Notes: generated from the letters alone by a model not told the origin. DNA of 49,470 bases, filler included, from Stramenopiles sp. TOSAG23-3 (GCA_900128585.1; 4 parts of 4 records of this genome joined end to end with filler, not necessarily neighbours in it), one strand, 5' to 3'. Shown: positions 11,819 to 23,850, numbered from the whole stretch's first letter. Translations and numbers: made by a program.

Positions 11819-12037
11819 AATCTCTAGTAATTTTGAATATGATGTTATAAAACATATATCGTATTACGTAATTTTTTTTTTAACATATCGTATGAATACA
11901 TGATGTTAAAAAATATATGTTGTTCTAATCTCAGTATCATAACATATGATTACCAGTACACAATCCACGAATTTTAATATAATTTAAGAACATTGTTAAA
12001 TTCTTTTTTACTGAAAATTTATCAGGTTACCCTTTAC

Positions 12038-13807
12038 TTAACCTTGGGCCGAGGTTTCTGCTTTCGCTTTTGCGTTGTCTCCGACAGCCTCGGCTGCGGC
12101 ATCGTCGTACGCGGCATTGTGCACGCCCGTCACGGCCCTTCCAGAGCAATCACCGTTGGAGAGCTCCGCCATTCGTTTGAAGTCCGCGTCCCATTTAATG
12201 GCGGTCGCAGACGAACACGCAATGGAGGGCTCATACACCACTGTCTCGACAGCACTTTGCTGAGGGAAATGCTTGATAAATATACTTCGGTAGTAATAGT
12301 TTTCTTTTGTCATGGGCGTGTTATGAGGAAACAAGAACTTGGCCTGACGAAGCATTTGATCCGTCACCTCCCGCTCTGCGAGATCGCGCAAACTGTCAAT
12401 CCATCCGTATCCAACACCGTCACTGAACTGCTCCTTCTGCCGCCACAACACGTCGTGGGGCAAATACGGGTTTTCGGCGTCGTCAAACGCTTTCCTCAAG
12501 TAATACTTTTCCATCCGCGACTTCCCAGTAGAAGGATCTTTGCACATTTTCAAAGCTGGGTGCAGTGACATGGCCAAGCCCAGGAACTCTTTGTCCAAGA
12601 AGGGAACCCGGGCTTCCACGCCCCACGCACTGGTCGATTTGTTGGCTCGTAAGCAGTCGTATAGATGCAAATCTACCAGCTTCCGCACGGTCTCGTCCTG
12701 AAATTCTTGCTCGTTTGGAGCTTTATGAAAGTACAAGTAACCACCAAAGACTTCGTCCGCCCCTTCTCCGCTGAGGACCATTTTGACGCCCAGCGCTTTG
12801 ATCTTCCTTGCCATTAAAAACATGGGCGTTGCGGCGCGAATAGTGGTCGTGTCGTACGTCTCCAAGTGGTAGATAACGTCACTGAGAGCATCCATTCCTT
12901 CCTCCAGCGTGTAGGTAAACGAGTGGTGGCGCGTGCCTAAGAAATTGGCAACCTTTTGTGCTGCGGCAAGGTCAGGCGAGTTCTCTAGCCCAATACAGAA
13001 GGAGTGTATTTTCTCACCCCATTGCGCGTTCCCATTTTCTACTTCTTGCTTCATGTGCCGGCATGCCACCGATGCGACCAACGAGGAGTCCAAGCCCCCC
13101 GACAACAGAACGCCCCATGGCACGTCTGCCATTAAACGCTTTTTCACAGCCCCTTCGAATGCAGTTCTTAACTTCCCCAAGTCTTCCGTCGGCGGCGACT
13201 CCCACTGCTGTGGTAATTTCCAGATGGGAGAGTACCAAGTGGTAAAGTCGCTCGTTTTGGAATGGTAAAATGACCCTGGGGGGAAGCATTGGAAGCGTAC
13301 GCAAGAGTCCTTGATTGCCTTCAGCTCTGATCCGAAACAGACGCCCCCGTCTGCGCGCCAACCAATATACAATGGAATTATACCCATGTGGTCCCTGGCG
13401 GCAAAGTAAGTGCCGTCTCGTTCGTCGTATATTACAAACGCGAACATGCCGTCCAAATCATTTATAAAATCTACCCCTTTCTCAAGGTACAAGGGCAAGA
13501 TGACTTCACAATCAGATTTGCTACTAAACGCGTACGGTTTATCCAAAGATTTTTTCAACCGTACGTGATTGTAAATTTCACCGTTTACCGCAAGGGTGAC
13601 TTGCTTGTCGGGTGTTTGCAAAGGCTGGGACCCAGACTCTGGATCTACAATTGCTAGTCGTTCATGGGCAATAACCCCACGTGGGACCTGCTTCACACCG
13701 CTCCAATCGGGCCCCCGGTGGCGCAATGTTTTGGCCAAGCGAACAATAAGTTTTCTTAGCTCTTCTTTGTTCTCGGAAGCGTCGAAGATTGCAACAATGC
13801 CGCACAT
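12038..13807 (-). CDS. ASNS: Asparagine synthetase (glutamine-hydrolysing)
   Basis: MCGI start with N-terminal Cys, HRGPD, HERLAIVD, NGEIYNH, SGGLDSS, SGEGADE, RQKEQFSDGVG. The start is the ATG at 13807. Confidence 0.98.
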   Translation of the reverse strand: MCGIVAIFDASENKEELRKLIVRLAKTLRHRGPDWSGVKQVPRGVIAHERLAIVDPESGSQPLQTPDKQVTLAVNGEIYNHVRLKKSLDKPYAFSSKSDCEVILPLYLEKGVDFINDLDGMFAFVIYDERDGTYFAARDHMGIIPLYIGWRADGGVCFGSELKAIKDSCVRFQCFPPGSFYHSKTSDFTTWYSPIWKLPQQWESPPTEDLGKLRTAFEGAVKKRLMADVPWGVLLSGGLDSSLVASVACRHMKQEVENGNAQWGEKIHSFCIGLENSPDLAAAQKVANFLGTRHHSFTYTLEEGMDALSDVIYHLETYDTTTIRAATPMFLMARKIKALGVKMVLSGEGADEVFGGYLYFHKAPNEQEFQDETVRKLVDLHLYDCLRANKSTSAWGVEARVPFLDKEFLGLAMSLHPALKMCKDPSTGKSRMEKYYLRKAFDDAENPYLPHDVLWRQKEQFSDGVGYGWIDSLRDLAEREVTDQMLRQAKFLFPHNTPMTKENYYYRSIFIKHFPQQSAVETVVYEPSIACSSATAIKWDADFKRMAELSNGDCSGRAVTGVHNAAYDDAAAEAVGDNAKAKAETSAQG

Positions 13808-13872
13808 TTTCAAGAGATTCTGGTCTGGTCGAAAGTATTTAAGGGAACAACTAACGATATGGATTTCTACAA

Positions 13873-13926
13873 AATTGTATAAATATCGAGAAGAATAATT
13901 GTATAAATATCGAGAAGAACAATTGT
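13873..13926. repeat. 24-bp tandem repeat (2.25 copies) upstream of ASNS
   Basis: AATTGTATAAATATCGAGAAGAA(T/C) twice plus AATTGT. Confidence 0.9.
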
Positions 13927-14699
13927 GAAATTGCAACGATTTAAATGAATGGGAAAACGTAAAAGTAACTCTCTGACGAAAACAGTTCTAACAAAATGTG
14001 ACAAGGATTGCGAAGAAGAGGTCAATACAAAGAAAACAACAAAACATGGGGCTATAATATAATAATAATTAATAATTATACCCACCCACCTATTTGTTCG
14101 TAGCTGATGCTGTATTAGTAATATATTATAGTAGTAAGACGAAAAAAGAAGAAGAAGAAGCGAAAAAAAAGAAGAAAACAACCAACAACATCAAAATAAT
14201 TCTGACGCACCAATATATTTTAAAATATATAAAAATTTTGTTGTGAGTGTTTGTACTTATATATTTAAATTCCCTATATAACAAATATAATATAAACACG
14301 AAGGGTGTTTTTATACAATTTATTATTATTGTCAAAAAAGAAGATTCTGATGGCGGTAGTAGAGACTACCAATTATTCTGCATTTATTTTTTAGTATAAT
14401 AGAGGAGGAGGAGTCTTCGTTCAGTTTAAATTTATTTATTTATTTGGACTATTCATATACGAATAATTAATATTTATTTCAGAAGAGAGATTTCAGAGAT
14501 GTGTCTTTCATTTTTCTTCTTCAGAGTTCGTTCTTTTTGTGATGAACGTTGCTTGGGCCGTTATAATTCAATGCTGTGATTATGTACACATATGCGGTGG
14601 GAATTAAATTTAATACGGTACAACGGAAGAGAAGAAAGAGGCACAGAGCTCTTTTAAAAATAGATAGTATTACAATGTACAGAGGACTATATCATCATT

Positions 14700-14746
14700 N
14701 NNNNNNNNNNNNNNNNNNNNNNNNNNNNNNNNNNNNNNNNNNNNNN
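14700..14746. other. Scaffold gap (47 N)
   Basis: Run of N with no stop-codon linker. Confidence 0.99.
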
Positions 14747-15015
14747 AAAATAATATAATAATAAACTACACTACTACAACAACAACAACAAAACCGTGAC
14801 ACAATGTGAAGATACAACTTTGAAAATAAAAACGACGCATACCGCCGCGGCGAAGAAACAGAAAAATCAAAAGAGAAGAAGAATTTATGATATCTATCTA
14901 TGAAAAGGATGTTGTTTCAGGAATTAATATAGGACTAATTTATGCTTGCTTCGAAATTTAATTGTGCACAGTTATTGGAATTCGTTTTTTAGTAGGTTCA
15001 ACGAACAGAAGTAGG

Positions 15016-16911
15016 ATGCACCGTGGGTATCGTAGTCGGTATAGTACTGGTCAAAATTCGGCCGTTAGCAGCGAACGTCCTGCGACAGTGTCGTTGGGGC
15101 CCCAATCGCTCTTTGAAAACTACAATGCAAACGCGTCATTTTCTACCGTTTACTCGAACCCTCGTGTAGGAATGAACTCTTCGTTCCGAAACAGCGGGAT
15201 AAACACAGTCAGATCGAGCGGATTTCCAGGTGCTCGGCATAGTTTCGATTCGGCCACGTCCGCAACGGGGAGGTCGGTTGGCCGGCGACCACACAGCGCG
15301 ACTTTAAAAGTGAACAACCAGTACCAGGTCCCGAAGCTAAATTACGGCATCACGCTCCAAGACTTGAACAAAGACTACTTGGGGCGTGACACCAGGGTAG
15401 AGCGGGATTACGGCAGTTTTTCAAGCCGGAGGTACAAAGCCTCTACGAGCGACTGGACCCAAGTGGCCGGCCCCGCAAGCTCCGATAACGACAGGACAAA
15501 CGTTGCAAGCACGGCGAAAGGGAGTAAAAAGGTTTGGCAATGGCGAGGCCGGACAATAACCTTTGGGGGTTCCTCCAGAAAAAATGCAACCGCTAGCAAG
15601 TTTAACGAGGGCCCGGCGATGCCAGGGGCGCCTCGAGTTACCCCGCGAGGGCGTTGGGGAGGGAAAGTCGGCAGTGTCAAACCGGAAAATCAAAACCAGG
15701 AGGCACAGGACGAAGGGAGAGAGGAGACAAAGAACGACGATGCGCTGGACAAGATACTTTCTTCTGGGCCAGACCAAGCGGTAGCCCCGCCAAGTGCTTC
15801 GGACCCCAAGCCAATAGAAACGGCAAAGCACGCTATCAAAACGGCAAGCAGTTCCAGACCACTTGATGAGGCCAAGGCACAGAAAAAAGCGCCGCACACC
15901 GAGAAAATGATTTTTGTCCTGAATCCAGATTCAGCAGTAGCGCCAGGTCCACCGGCCAAGGCTGAAAGGCCCTCTGGAGGCGGCCAGTCCACCAAGGCAA
16001 CAAACGCAAAGAAGAACAAACGTCAAATTGCAAGAGAAAAGGACGCAAACGCAGTCGCAAATCTTCCTTCGTCTCCTGCCCCAGCACCTGCCAGTTCGCC
16101 GAAAGCCTCGGCCGGCAGCAACTTGAATAGTAGCATGGCGATCGGTAGGAAGGAGAAAAAGAAGAAAAAGAAACGAGCCAGGGTCTCGTTTACTGTAAAT
16201 AGCCCGGATGTAAAGATTTTCGAACCGGTGAAAGAGGAAGATAGGACAAAACTCTGGCATTCCCACGAGGATAGCATTCGCAACAGGATGCAGCTGAAAC
16301 TGGAGAAACACGAAAATAAAACCAAAGTGCGAAAGGAAAAGGAGGAGAACGCAAAAACGCAACTGGACGCGAAAGAAAAGGAGACAGAGGACATTATCAT
16401 AGAGAAGAAAAAGAAAAGGGAGCGCAAAGCCGCGGCAAAGGAAAAACGCCGACTGGAAAGGGAGCGTGTCAAAAAGGAGAGGGAGAAGGAGCTACTTCGC
16501 AGGAGAATCGAGCAAGCCGAGAAACGTGAACTACGGAAGGTCCAAAAGCGTGCTGCGAAGGCAGAAACACTAATTGAAAAGAATTTAAAGAAAAAGTTAG
16601 GGCTGCATGTAGACGAGGTCAGCGGCGACGAAAACGACAGTTCGCTTCACAACCGTATCGCCGATCTAGAAAGGGAGCTGAGCTCGCTGAAACAATCGGC
16701 GGTCAAGAAAGCGAAGAAGGAGTTCAAGGCCAAGGAGTACCTCCGACGAAATAAAACGGCCGTGGGAAACGGTAAGGTTCACTGGAGGCGTGGCCAGTCC
16801 GTTAATGTTGTCGAGTTTCATAAAGACATACAACTCCCGGACGATTTGCGAGGTTCGCTTACATTGAAAGACATGAAGGAGATGAAAAAGCACACCTACA
16901 GTTTCGAGTAA
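15016..16911 (+). CDS. Disordered/coiled-coil protein with two RVxF-type motifs (candidate PP1 interactor)
   Basis: Long GC-rich ORF, first ATG at 15016; K/E-rich coiled coil; KKKRARVSF and GKVHW motifs. Confidence 0.8.
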   Translation: MHRGYRSRYSTGQNSAVSSERPATVSLGPQSLFENYNANASFSTVYSNPRVGMNSSFRNSGINTVRSSGFPGARHSFDSATSATGRSVGRRPHSATLKVNNQYQVPKLNYGITLQDLNKDYLGRDTRVERDYGSFSSRRYKASTSDWTQVAGPASSDNDRTNVASTAKGSKKVWQWRGRTITFGGSSRKNATASKFNEGPAMPGAPRVTPRGRWGGKVGSVKPENQNQEAQDEGREETKNDDALDKILSSGPDQAVAPPSASDPKPIETAKHAIKTASSSRPLDEAKAQKKAPHTEKMIFVLNPDSAVAPGPPAKAERPSGGGQSTKATNAKKNKRQIAREKDANAVANLPSSPAPAPASSPKASAGSNLNSSMAIGRKEKKKKKKRARVSFTVNSPDVKIFEPVKEEDRTKLWHSHEDSIRNRMQLKLEKHENKTKVRKEKEENAKTQLDAKEKETEDIIIEKKKKRERKAAAKEKRRLERERVKKEREKELLRRRIEQAEKRELRKVQKRAAKAETLIEKNLKKKLGLHVDEVSGDENDSSLHNRIADLERELSSLKQSAVKKAKKEFKAKEYLRRNKTAVGNGKVHWRRGQSVNVVEFHKDIQLPDDLRGSLTLKDMKEMKKHTYSFE

Positions 16912-17098
16912 GCTGAATGGCATGATGTCCAGTCCCCACGCGCTTGTCTGGCACGACAGCGGAGGGAAAGCATGTGGCATCTGAGGTACTAAGAGTAAGA
17001 ATACTTATGAATGCACACTTGTTCATAGACGATATGAAATTGTTATGCAATGCATTAGCTTACGCAAAGCAAAGCACCTCTTAATTCTTATCATGATG

Positions 17099-17337
17099 TA
17101 CAAGACAGACAACGAGCACCTTTAAAACTATTACGCCGCTGCTTGGAAAATCGTACAAGGATTGAGTCACCTATGAGTGTGATATCGGATGAGGAAGTTG
17201 ATTACGGTTCATTTGCAAGCATTGCTAATCCAGCTACCGATTCGGATCGTTCATGGAGGCCATTCTAGATTTCAGTTTTCAGTTTTCAGTTCGCAGTACA
17301 TTAATATTACTTCAGTAACAGCCAATTTTCTTGTTTT
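17099..17337 (+). mobile_element. Family-1 long copy (~240 bp, internally deleted)
   Basis: 17099-17199 matches 42419-42519; 17138-17258 matches 37971-38086; 17264-17337 is the common T-rich terminus. Confidence 0.85.
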
Positions 17338-17427
17338 AAATTATCTTACGTATGTTGTAACATATTTTATGCCTTTGCTGTTAAATTAATTTACGCACCC
17401 CCAAAACAACCAACGACAGGGCTAACG

Positions 17428-17697
17428 CTAAACAACCCCCATTTTCTTCCAAGGGTTGTGGTAAATCGTGCAGCAGTCACACGTTCCTAGACACGATTCT
17501 TTGACTGCGTAAACGCACGTGCGCCCACATCCACATGTCGGGCAAACAACGTTCCTCCATGTCCACACGGACGGTGCCCGGAGACAAACTTTCCACGTCC
17601 ACTTGGTAAGGTTAATTATTGCCTTCACAACCCTGTACACGGCATACAAAATAATGCCTACCACAACGGCGATCGTAAATATAGTCATGCCATCCAT
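17428..17697 (-). CDS. Small single-pass membrane protein with Cys-rich tail (89 aa)
   Basis: ATG ORF matching a GC-richer island; N-terminal hydrophobic helix; CPTCGCGRTC...C...CDCC. Confidence 0.65.
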   Translation of the reverse strand: MDGMTIFTIAVVVGIILYAVYRVVKAIINLTKWTWKVCLRAPSVWTWRNVVCPTCGCGRTCVYAVKESCLGTCDCCTIYHNPWKKMGVV

Positions 17698-18988
17698 CTT
17701 TTCTATTAGACCAGCACCTAAATGCTGGAATTCGGTTCTATTCGGTTAATTTACAATTAAAAATTCTTGCACCAACGGCAGATCCTATCGACGACGGCGA
17801 CGGTCACCTAAACTCAAGCAAGTGCGTTACGGTCACGAAAGGTCGAAATATTGTTCGCCGTACTTCGGGCCGTAAATTCTTCCCACCCTATCCTACCAAC
17901 TATATCAATTGAACAACCTGTGTATTCTACTGTAGATCTGAACGTTCAATTGCTTTCTAATTGATACAATCTTTTCAAACATCAACAGTAAAAGGGATTT
18001 CTTTACTTTTAAATAGCTTAATTTTGTTTTTTTGAAGTACCAATTTACTACTTTACACATCATCATCTCTATTAGCTATTAAATAATATACAATTGGAAG
18101 AATAATATACTCTAAACTTCTTTTTTCTTCTCTCCCTGCTCCCTGCCCACAACTATAACTCCTTCTCCTCCTTTTTCAGAAGAAGATCGGTATTAATATG
18201 GCGATACGGTACGGTACAGAAGAAAATATAACAATACGAGGATGCCTATCTCGTCATCTCGTAGTGTAGTATTATAAAAGAAATAAGAAATATAAATTAT
18301 AAAATACATAAAAAACAAAGACAACAACATGTACGCTATAATTATATTAATCTGAATACCTCCTCCTGTCTCCTGTATGAAAACAAAATAATTAAATTAT
18401 TTATTTTATAAATCTTTGAAAACTTTTAATCCTATATAAATATGTATTCTTTAAATTATACAACTATAATAATGATCACTACTAGGAAGAAGAAGGAAGA
18501 GGACGAAGAGGGTCGTCGGTCGTACCAAGGTATATTATTGTATTATTATTGGATTTTCTTCATCAATATAATAAATAAAAAATAATAATAATAATAATAA
18601 CAAAACAACAACTACTACTCGAAGACAAGACGACTATTAGCATTATAATAGTAGGTTGCTCAGGTTTTAATATATATTAAAAAAAATAATAATAATATAT
18701 AATTTTATTTTATATTAAATTATATTTATTATTTTTATTAGACCTTGTTGTGTTGTGGTATTAATCCAATAAAACAATTGTTGTTTTGTTGTGTTGAATT
18801 AAAAATTTTAAAAACGAAATATAATTATTGTAAATCAATAGATAAAAATAAATGCGTGAATGTTGTTGGCTTTTTAAGCACGTCGTGCGCAAGGTAATTA
18901 TCAACGGACGGGCATATTTACCCACTTGTATATACTAGGAATTATTGATCGAGGTAATTGAATAGTTGCGTCATAGATACAAGGCAGA

Positions 18989-19305
18989 ATGAGAGCACGA
19001 AGGGCAAGGGTGGAACGAGAACGGCGGGAAAGGGCAGCGCGCCAGAACGTGGCAGACGCGAACGGCGCGGGCGCGCACGGTGACAACGAACCACCACCTC
19101 GACCCCCACGGAAAGACTTGCCCATTTCCAGTCGCTACAGGGTAATCAAAGTCCTCGGGCGCGGCTCGTTCGGAGAAGCGTTGCGGGTCCAGCGCGTTGC
19201 GGATAAGGTAGACTTTGTTATGAAAAAGATCGATTTGGTGGGAATGCCAAAGAAAGAGCAAAAAGCGGCGATGTTGGAGGTCAAGGTACTGAAGAAACTC
19301 TCCCA
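18989..19305 (+). CDS. 5' part of NIMA-related (NEK) kinase, subdomains I-III
   Basis: YRVIKVLGRGSFGEA...FVMKKI...EVKVLKKLS; the last 81 bp equal the reverse complement of 22515-22595, where the rest of the kinase continues. Confidence 0.9.
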
Positions 19306-19348
19306 GGAAATGAAAGTTACGAAAGGCCTTATCACACCCGATGGGTAA
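19306..19348 (+). CDS. Probable 3' remnant of a different gene (…EMKVTKGLITPDG*), fused to the NEK 5' part by the inversion
   Basis: Kinase homology stops at 19305; the short tail ends in TAA facing the NEK stop across an AT-rich spacer. Confidence 0.4.
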
Positions 19349-19549
19349 ACAGGGCGTGTATTAATTATTACGCATAAAGTAAGACGTATATATATAATAT
19401 GTTTTTTTAAAATTAAGACGACATGATAAGCGCAATAAAGTATGTTAAGTATCCTAAAACGTTTGCGTGCTTTTACTAACTACTTTGTATCAATACTTCG
19501 CACATTATGTTTACACCTATGTACATACCCGTGCGCACGCGCATGATTC

Positions 19550-22500
19550 TTAATTACTACTCTGTTTCGCAATGTGACCCCGCGATTTTCTGAATAGGAC
19601 AGCCAAGGAGTCACTTGATTGATCGAGGGGAGTCACAGGCTTCATGCCCAGCCCGACAATGTGCTCCGATACCTCTAGGTTGCCTTGATCCACTTCGGCG
19701 ATCTCTATTTTCCCTGGGCGGCGGGACGCCCCGGCGCTTTTAACCCGGACTAGATCGTGGTCGGGAACATTCGCGCTCGAATTTTCAAAAAATTTGTTGG
19801 ATGTTTCGTTCGCGAACAGAAGGTTCTTTAAGCTTTCAGCAAGCCCGATCATTTCCTCAACGCCATCGTTCGATCCTGCAGACTTTTTTGTATCGTCCAT
19901 GTCCCCCAGGGTCAGAGTCATCGGAAACAAATCTGACTCGTCGTCAATGTATATTGACGTGGTCATGTCCAGCGCCTTCGTAACCGCGGCAGTGGACGCT
20001 GCCGCCGACGCCACCTCAACGCTGGCGCTGCCGCCTTTTCCAGTATCTACAACATGTGCGTTTTTGTGTTTCATGTCCAGCCGTTTTCGCTCTTCGAATG
20101 CCTCTATTCTGGCTTTTTCAAGGATTGCCAAACGCTCTGCCTCTGCGGCTTGGCGTGCCTTTGCCTTTTCTTCTAGCATTTGCGCCCGCGTTCGCGGTGG
20201 CTTTTGCCCCTCGTTACTCTGAATTCTGCCAGGACCTCCCTCCGTGGGGGATGGGTTCGCTGGCTGCCCAGGCTTCTTTTTCTGATGCTGCTGCCGCAAG
20301 CGCTCGCGATCACGAAAGGCTTCAAGACGGGCCTTTTCCAACTGTTGCAGGCGCTGGGCCTCTTCTGCCTGTCGAATCCTCTCCTTTTCTTCCAGGACTT
20401 GCGCCCGTGTACGGGGTGCGCGCGCACCCCGCGCATTGCCTTCATGGTCTTGATACAGCCCGGGAGGGGGTTTATCTGGGACCGCGGCGCTCGGGTGGTG
20501 CCGGCGTTTCCCGTCTTCTACCCGCTGTTTGTTCCGGAGCATGGCACGCTGATTTTCTTCGAAAATACTTCGACGATCCTGGTCCGTCACGCCGACGGGG
20601 CGAGGAGCAGCTTGTGCGTGTGCGCGGGGGTCTTGCTGGTAAGGATTCATTTGTCCGTATCCGTACGGGTTACCAAAGTGTGGTTGGTTCGCCGCCCACC
20701 CCGAGTTCTGCCGTTGGCGCTGTCCCGCGGCAACGGGGTCCCGATTCAGTGCCTGCCGCTCCCGCGAGTGTTGCTGTTGTTGATATTGCACCCCCTGGCT
20801 GTGGTGGCGCTGCGGCACCTGCTGGAATTGTTGGTTGCTACGGGCTTGCTGCTCATAGTGGTACTGCTGCTGTTGTTGCTGCTGCTGTCGCCGCTGCCAT
20901 TCTTCGTATTCTTGTTGCTGCGTCAGCTGTGCCAGCCGCTCCCTTTGTTCGCGTTCTCGATACCTCAAAACGGCTTCGCGGTGCTGCTGTTGTTCGTACA
21001 ATCGTTCATTGTGTAGTCCTGCGCGCGCGGCATTTTCAGCTTGTAAATTGGTGCCTGTCTGCTCATTTCCATAGTATTGATTCGGTGGCATTTCCGCCGC
21101 TGCAGCTACAAACTGGATTTCGCTCGTGCTATCGTTGCTCATGGATCGGTCCAACTTCGCGGCCACCGCAGAGCCCGTCGCTTCTGCAAACTCCCCTTGC
21201 CTGGCGAAAGGGTTACGATCCACTTGAAATGCCCCAGTCCCTTGTTTTAGGTACAGTTCACGGGCATCCGGTGTTTCGGACCCCGAGTCGTCATCGTCGT
21301 AATTCGATGGCGGCAAGGGCGGTCTTTTCTCGCCCACAGGGTTCGCCCTCTTGCCGGAATCGCCGTTACCTCTTCCCTCTTCGGCGCCTTGCCGTGGCGG
21401 ACTCTCCCCTTTCACCAAAACTTCAACCTCCTCGTCGTTGTGCCAGTCATTGTTCCACGATGGTCGCTTGTCTAGCTTGGCCTTGCTATTCTTCCGGTCG
21501 CGCTGCATCTGCTCGCGGCGTTTCTGTCGTAAAAGTGCAATTCGCTTCCTCTCCTTCTCCTTTCTCATTTGTTTCTCTTCCCGAAAAACAATCTGGGCCT
21601 TGATCTCTTCCTCCCGTTTCTGCTTTGCCCTTTCTTCCCGGGCTCGCAGTCGCGCTTCCCTTTTCGCCGCAACTACCTTCCGCCGTTCCTCTTCCTCTCC
21701 CGCCTGTGCCGCCTGTGCCCGTTTCTGCAACATGTCGGCTTTCATGATTTCCATGTCTTTCGTTATTTTTTCCATCCGGTCTTTCAGATTTTGATCCCGC
21801 GGCGTTTTGCGGTCCTGCTTCGTCACGGCTTTGCTTGACTTGTTCATAACTTCTTCCAAAAGGCTTTTGCTGTGCTCCTTGATAAATGCCCGCTTCAGAA
21901 TGTGGCGAATGTCAGGCCTGCGCAACGGGCTCTTCTGGAGCATCGCCTCTCCGAGCTGCCGGAACTCTCGGGAGTACGTGTTTGGGATTCGTTTCGGGGG
22001 CATGCTAACGACCTTCTTTACGAGGCCGAGCAAGTTGTTCGCGTTGAACGGAACTTCCAGCAACGCCAGCTCGTAAAACAAAACCCCCAGCGACCACACG
22101 TCGCTCTTGAGAGTATACGGTTGATCCTTGCAAATTTCCGGGGACATGTAATACGGCGTCCCGGCCACGGTGTTGCACTTGTCCATCGTCTTTTCCAGTA
22201 CTTTTGCAATCCCAAAGTCTCCCAGCTTCACTATATCCATTTGCAAAAAATCTGTGCCCGTGTTGTGCAAGAAGACGTTCGCGGCCTTGATATCCCGGTG
22301 CATGATGTGGTGTTTGTGCATGTATCCCAACGCAAGCATACACTGGATCATGATACGAAGGATCCGTTTTTCACTCAGCGGCTGCCGCTTCTTATTCCGG
22401 GACTTTATAAGGGCGGACAGGTCCCCCCCGTTCGCGTACTCCATGACAATCAGCAGGCGAGGAGAAGCCCCCCCCCTCTCTTGTCCTGCTTCTTCATACC

Positions 22501-22595
22501 TCACAATGTTTGGGTGGGAGAGTTTCTTCAGTACCTTGACCTCCAACATCGCCGCTTTTTGCTCTTTCTTTGGCATTCCCACCAAATCGATCTTT
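19550..22595 (-). CDS. NEK1-like Ser/Thr kinase, remainder of the kinase domain plus long coiled-coil/Gln-rich tail (5'-truncated at contig end)
   Basis: HPNIV, MEYANGGDL, HRDIKAANVFL, KLGDFGIAK, GTPYYMSPE, KSDVWSLG; duplicated tail motif PRTRAQ.LEEK...LEKAR.EAF..R.RL. Confidence 0.93.
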
Positions 22596-22695
22596 NNNNN
22601 NNNNNNNNNNNNNNNNNNNNNNNNNNNNNNNNNNNNNNNTTAATTAATTAANNNNNNNNNNNNNNNNNNNNNNNNNNNNNNNNNNNNNNNNNNNN
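22596..22695. other. Artificial contig-joining spacer
   Basis: N44-TTAATTAATTAA-N44, with stops in all six frames. Confidence 0.98.
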
Positions 22696-23850
22696 TCAAA
22701 AGGAAACAAAAGGATAAAGTATTATAACCGAAAACTCTTCGCGCTTCGCGAGAAACAACAATTGTCAGCCATTCGCTGGCAAGTTTTTCCTCCTTAAGAG
22801 AGAGAAAACGAAAAGATATTTGCGCGGTTTTTCTGGAATAAAACCCGGCCGCTATAGAAGAAGACGTAGTGCTCGACTTGTTAGCACCAGTACAAAGGAC
22901 TCATTCGAAGCGCCGCACCGCAACCGACTGGAAGGTTATCTTTAGAGACTTGTCCTGCAAAACGAAAAACTGCATGCGATGGAAGAGAGTTTTATAATAT
23001 ATATCTTATCGATAATAAAATTATTATTAAGCAAAAACTGATTCTTTATTATTAATCTTTAGCTAAGGTAGATACCACACCCCACAGCTAAATAATACCA
23101 TTTACACAATTACAGCTAATCGCTACGCTACGTCACACAAAAAGTATAATACGTCAAGTATTTAAAATTAAATCATAAATAGTATAATAAAACTATCACT
23201 AGGTTTTTTTTTTAATTAAATCTTTATAATACTACAACAATATAAACATACTAGCGATATAATTTGTTTTTTTTTAAATCTGTATTACATTAGACGACTA
23301 TCTACCATCATCAAGTCTCCTCGTATTCTAAAATAACTAGACGACTACGAGTAAATAAATACGTCGTAGACTAAATAACAACCAGGATTTATAATTACAC
23401 CTATTTATTATCTGCCTGGTAAACCAAACCCTTCCCTTTTTATTCATTTTATATTGTTGATAATTAGTCTACGTAATACCGTACGGTCCTGTACTGACTG
23501 GAATTAAATATTAATATACCGACGGTACTTCTTCTTTTTTTGTGCGTGTGAAGTTGGTACTTGATGCTCTGTCCTGTTATATTGTGTGTTTTTTAAAAGA
23601 CATTTGTAGTCTCTATGCCAGTGCTACGAGGCGTATAGATGTTGTCGTCTTCTTGAAGAAAAAAAAGAAAATTCTTCGTGGTTCTCTTCTTTTTTCCGTA
23701 TTTTATTTTATGATATATAATACCAAGGTACGACGAGGAACTCGCGTATTTTTTTCAGGAAATTTGAAGTTTAGCTCTTTCCCCCCCTCCTTTTTCTTTT
23801 AAAAATTCTATAATGTTACCATACCACTAAAGAAATTGGCTACCTCACCT

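Noticed and set aside
13808-13936. N-terminal extension of ASNS shown in the ORF track
   Set aside because: The enzyme needs Cys2 after the initiator Met; the extension is AT-rich upstream DNA containing the 24-bp repeat and lacks an ATG.
16921-16986. Possible box C/D snoRNA or SECIS downstream of the coiled-coil gene
   Set aside because: Box C is imperfect (ATGATGT), I recognise no rRNA guide, SECIS apical adenines are missing, and the gene has no in-frame TGA.
20056-21603. 515-aa antisense ORF and other long shadow ORFs (e.g. 48150-49148, 48053-48901)
   Set aside because: They lie opposite well-supported genes in GC-rich DNA and have no recognisable domains.
22640-22651. TTAATTAATTAA palindrome inside N runs (also 45325-45336 and 47420-47431)
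   Set aside because: Identical 100-bp six-frame-stop linker added during concatenation; not biological, and neighbours across it are not syntenic.
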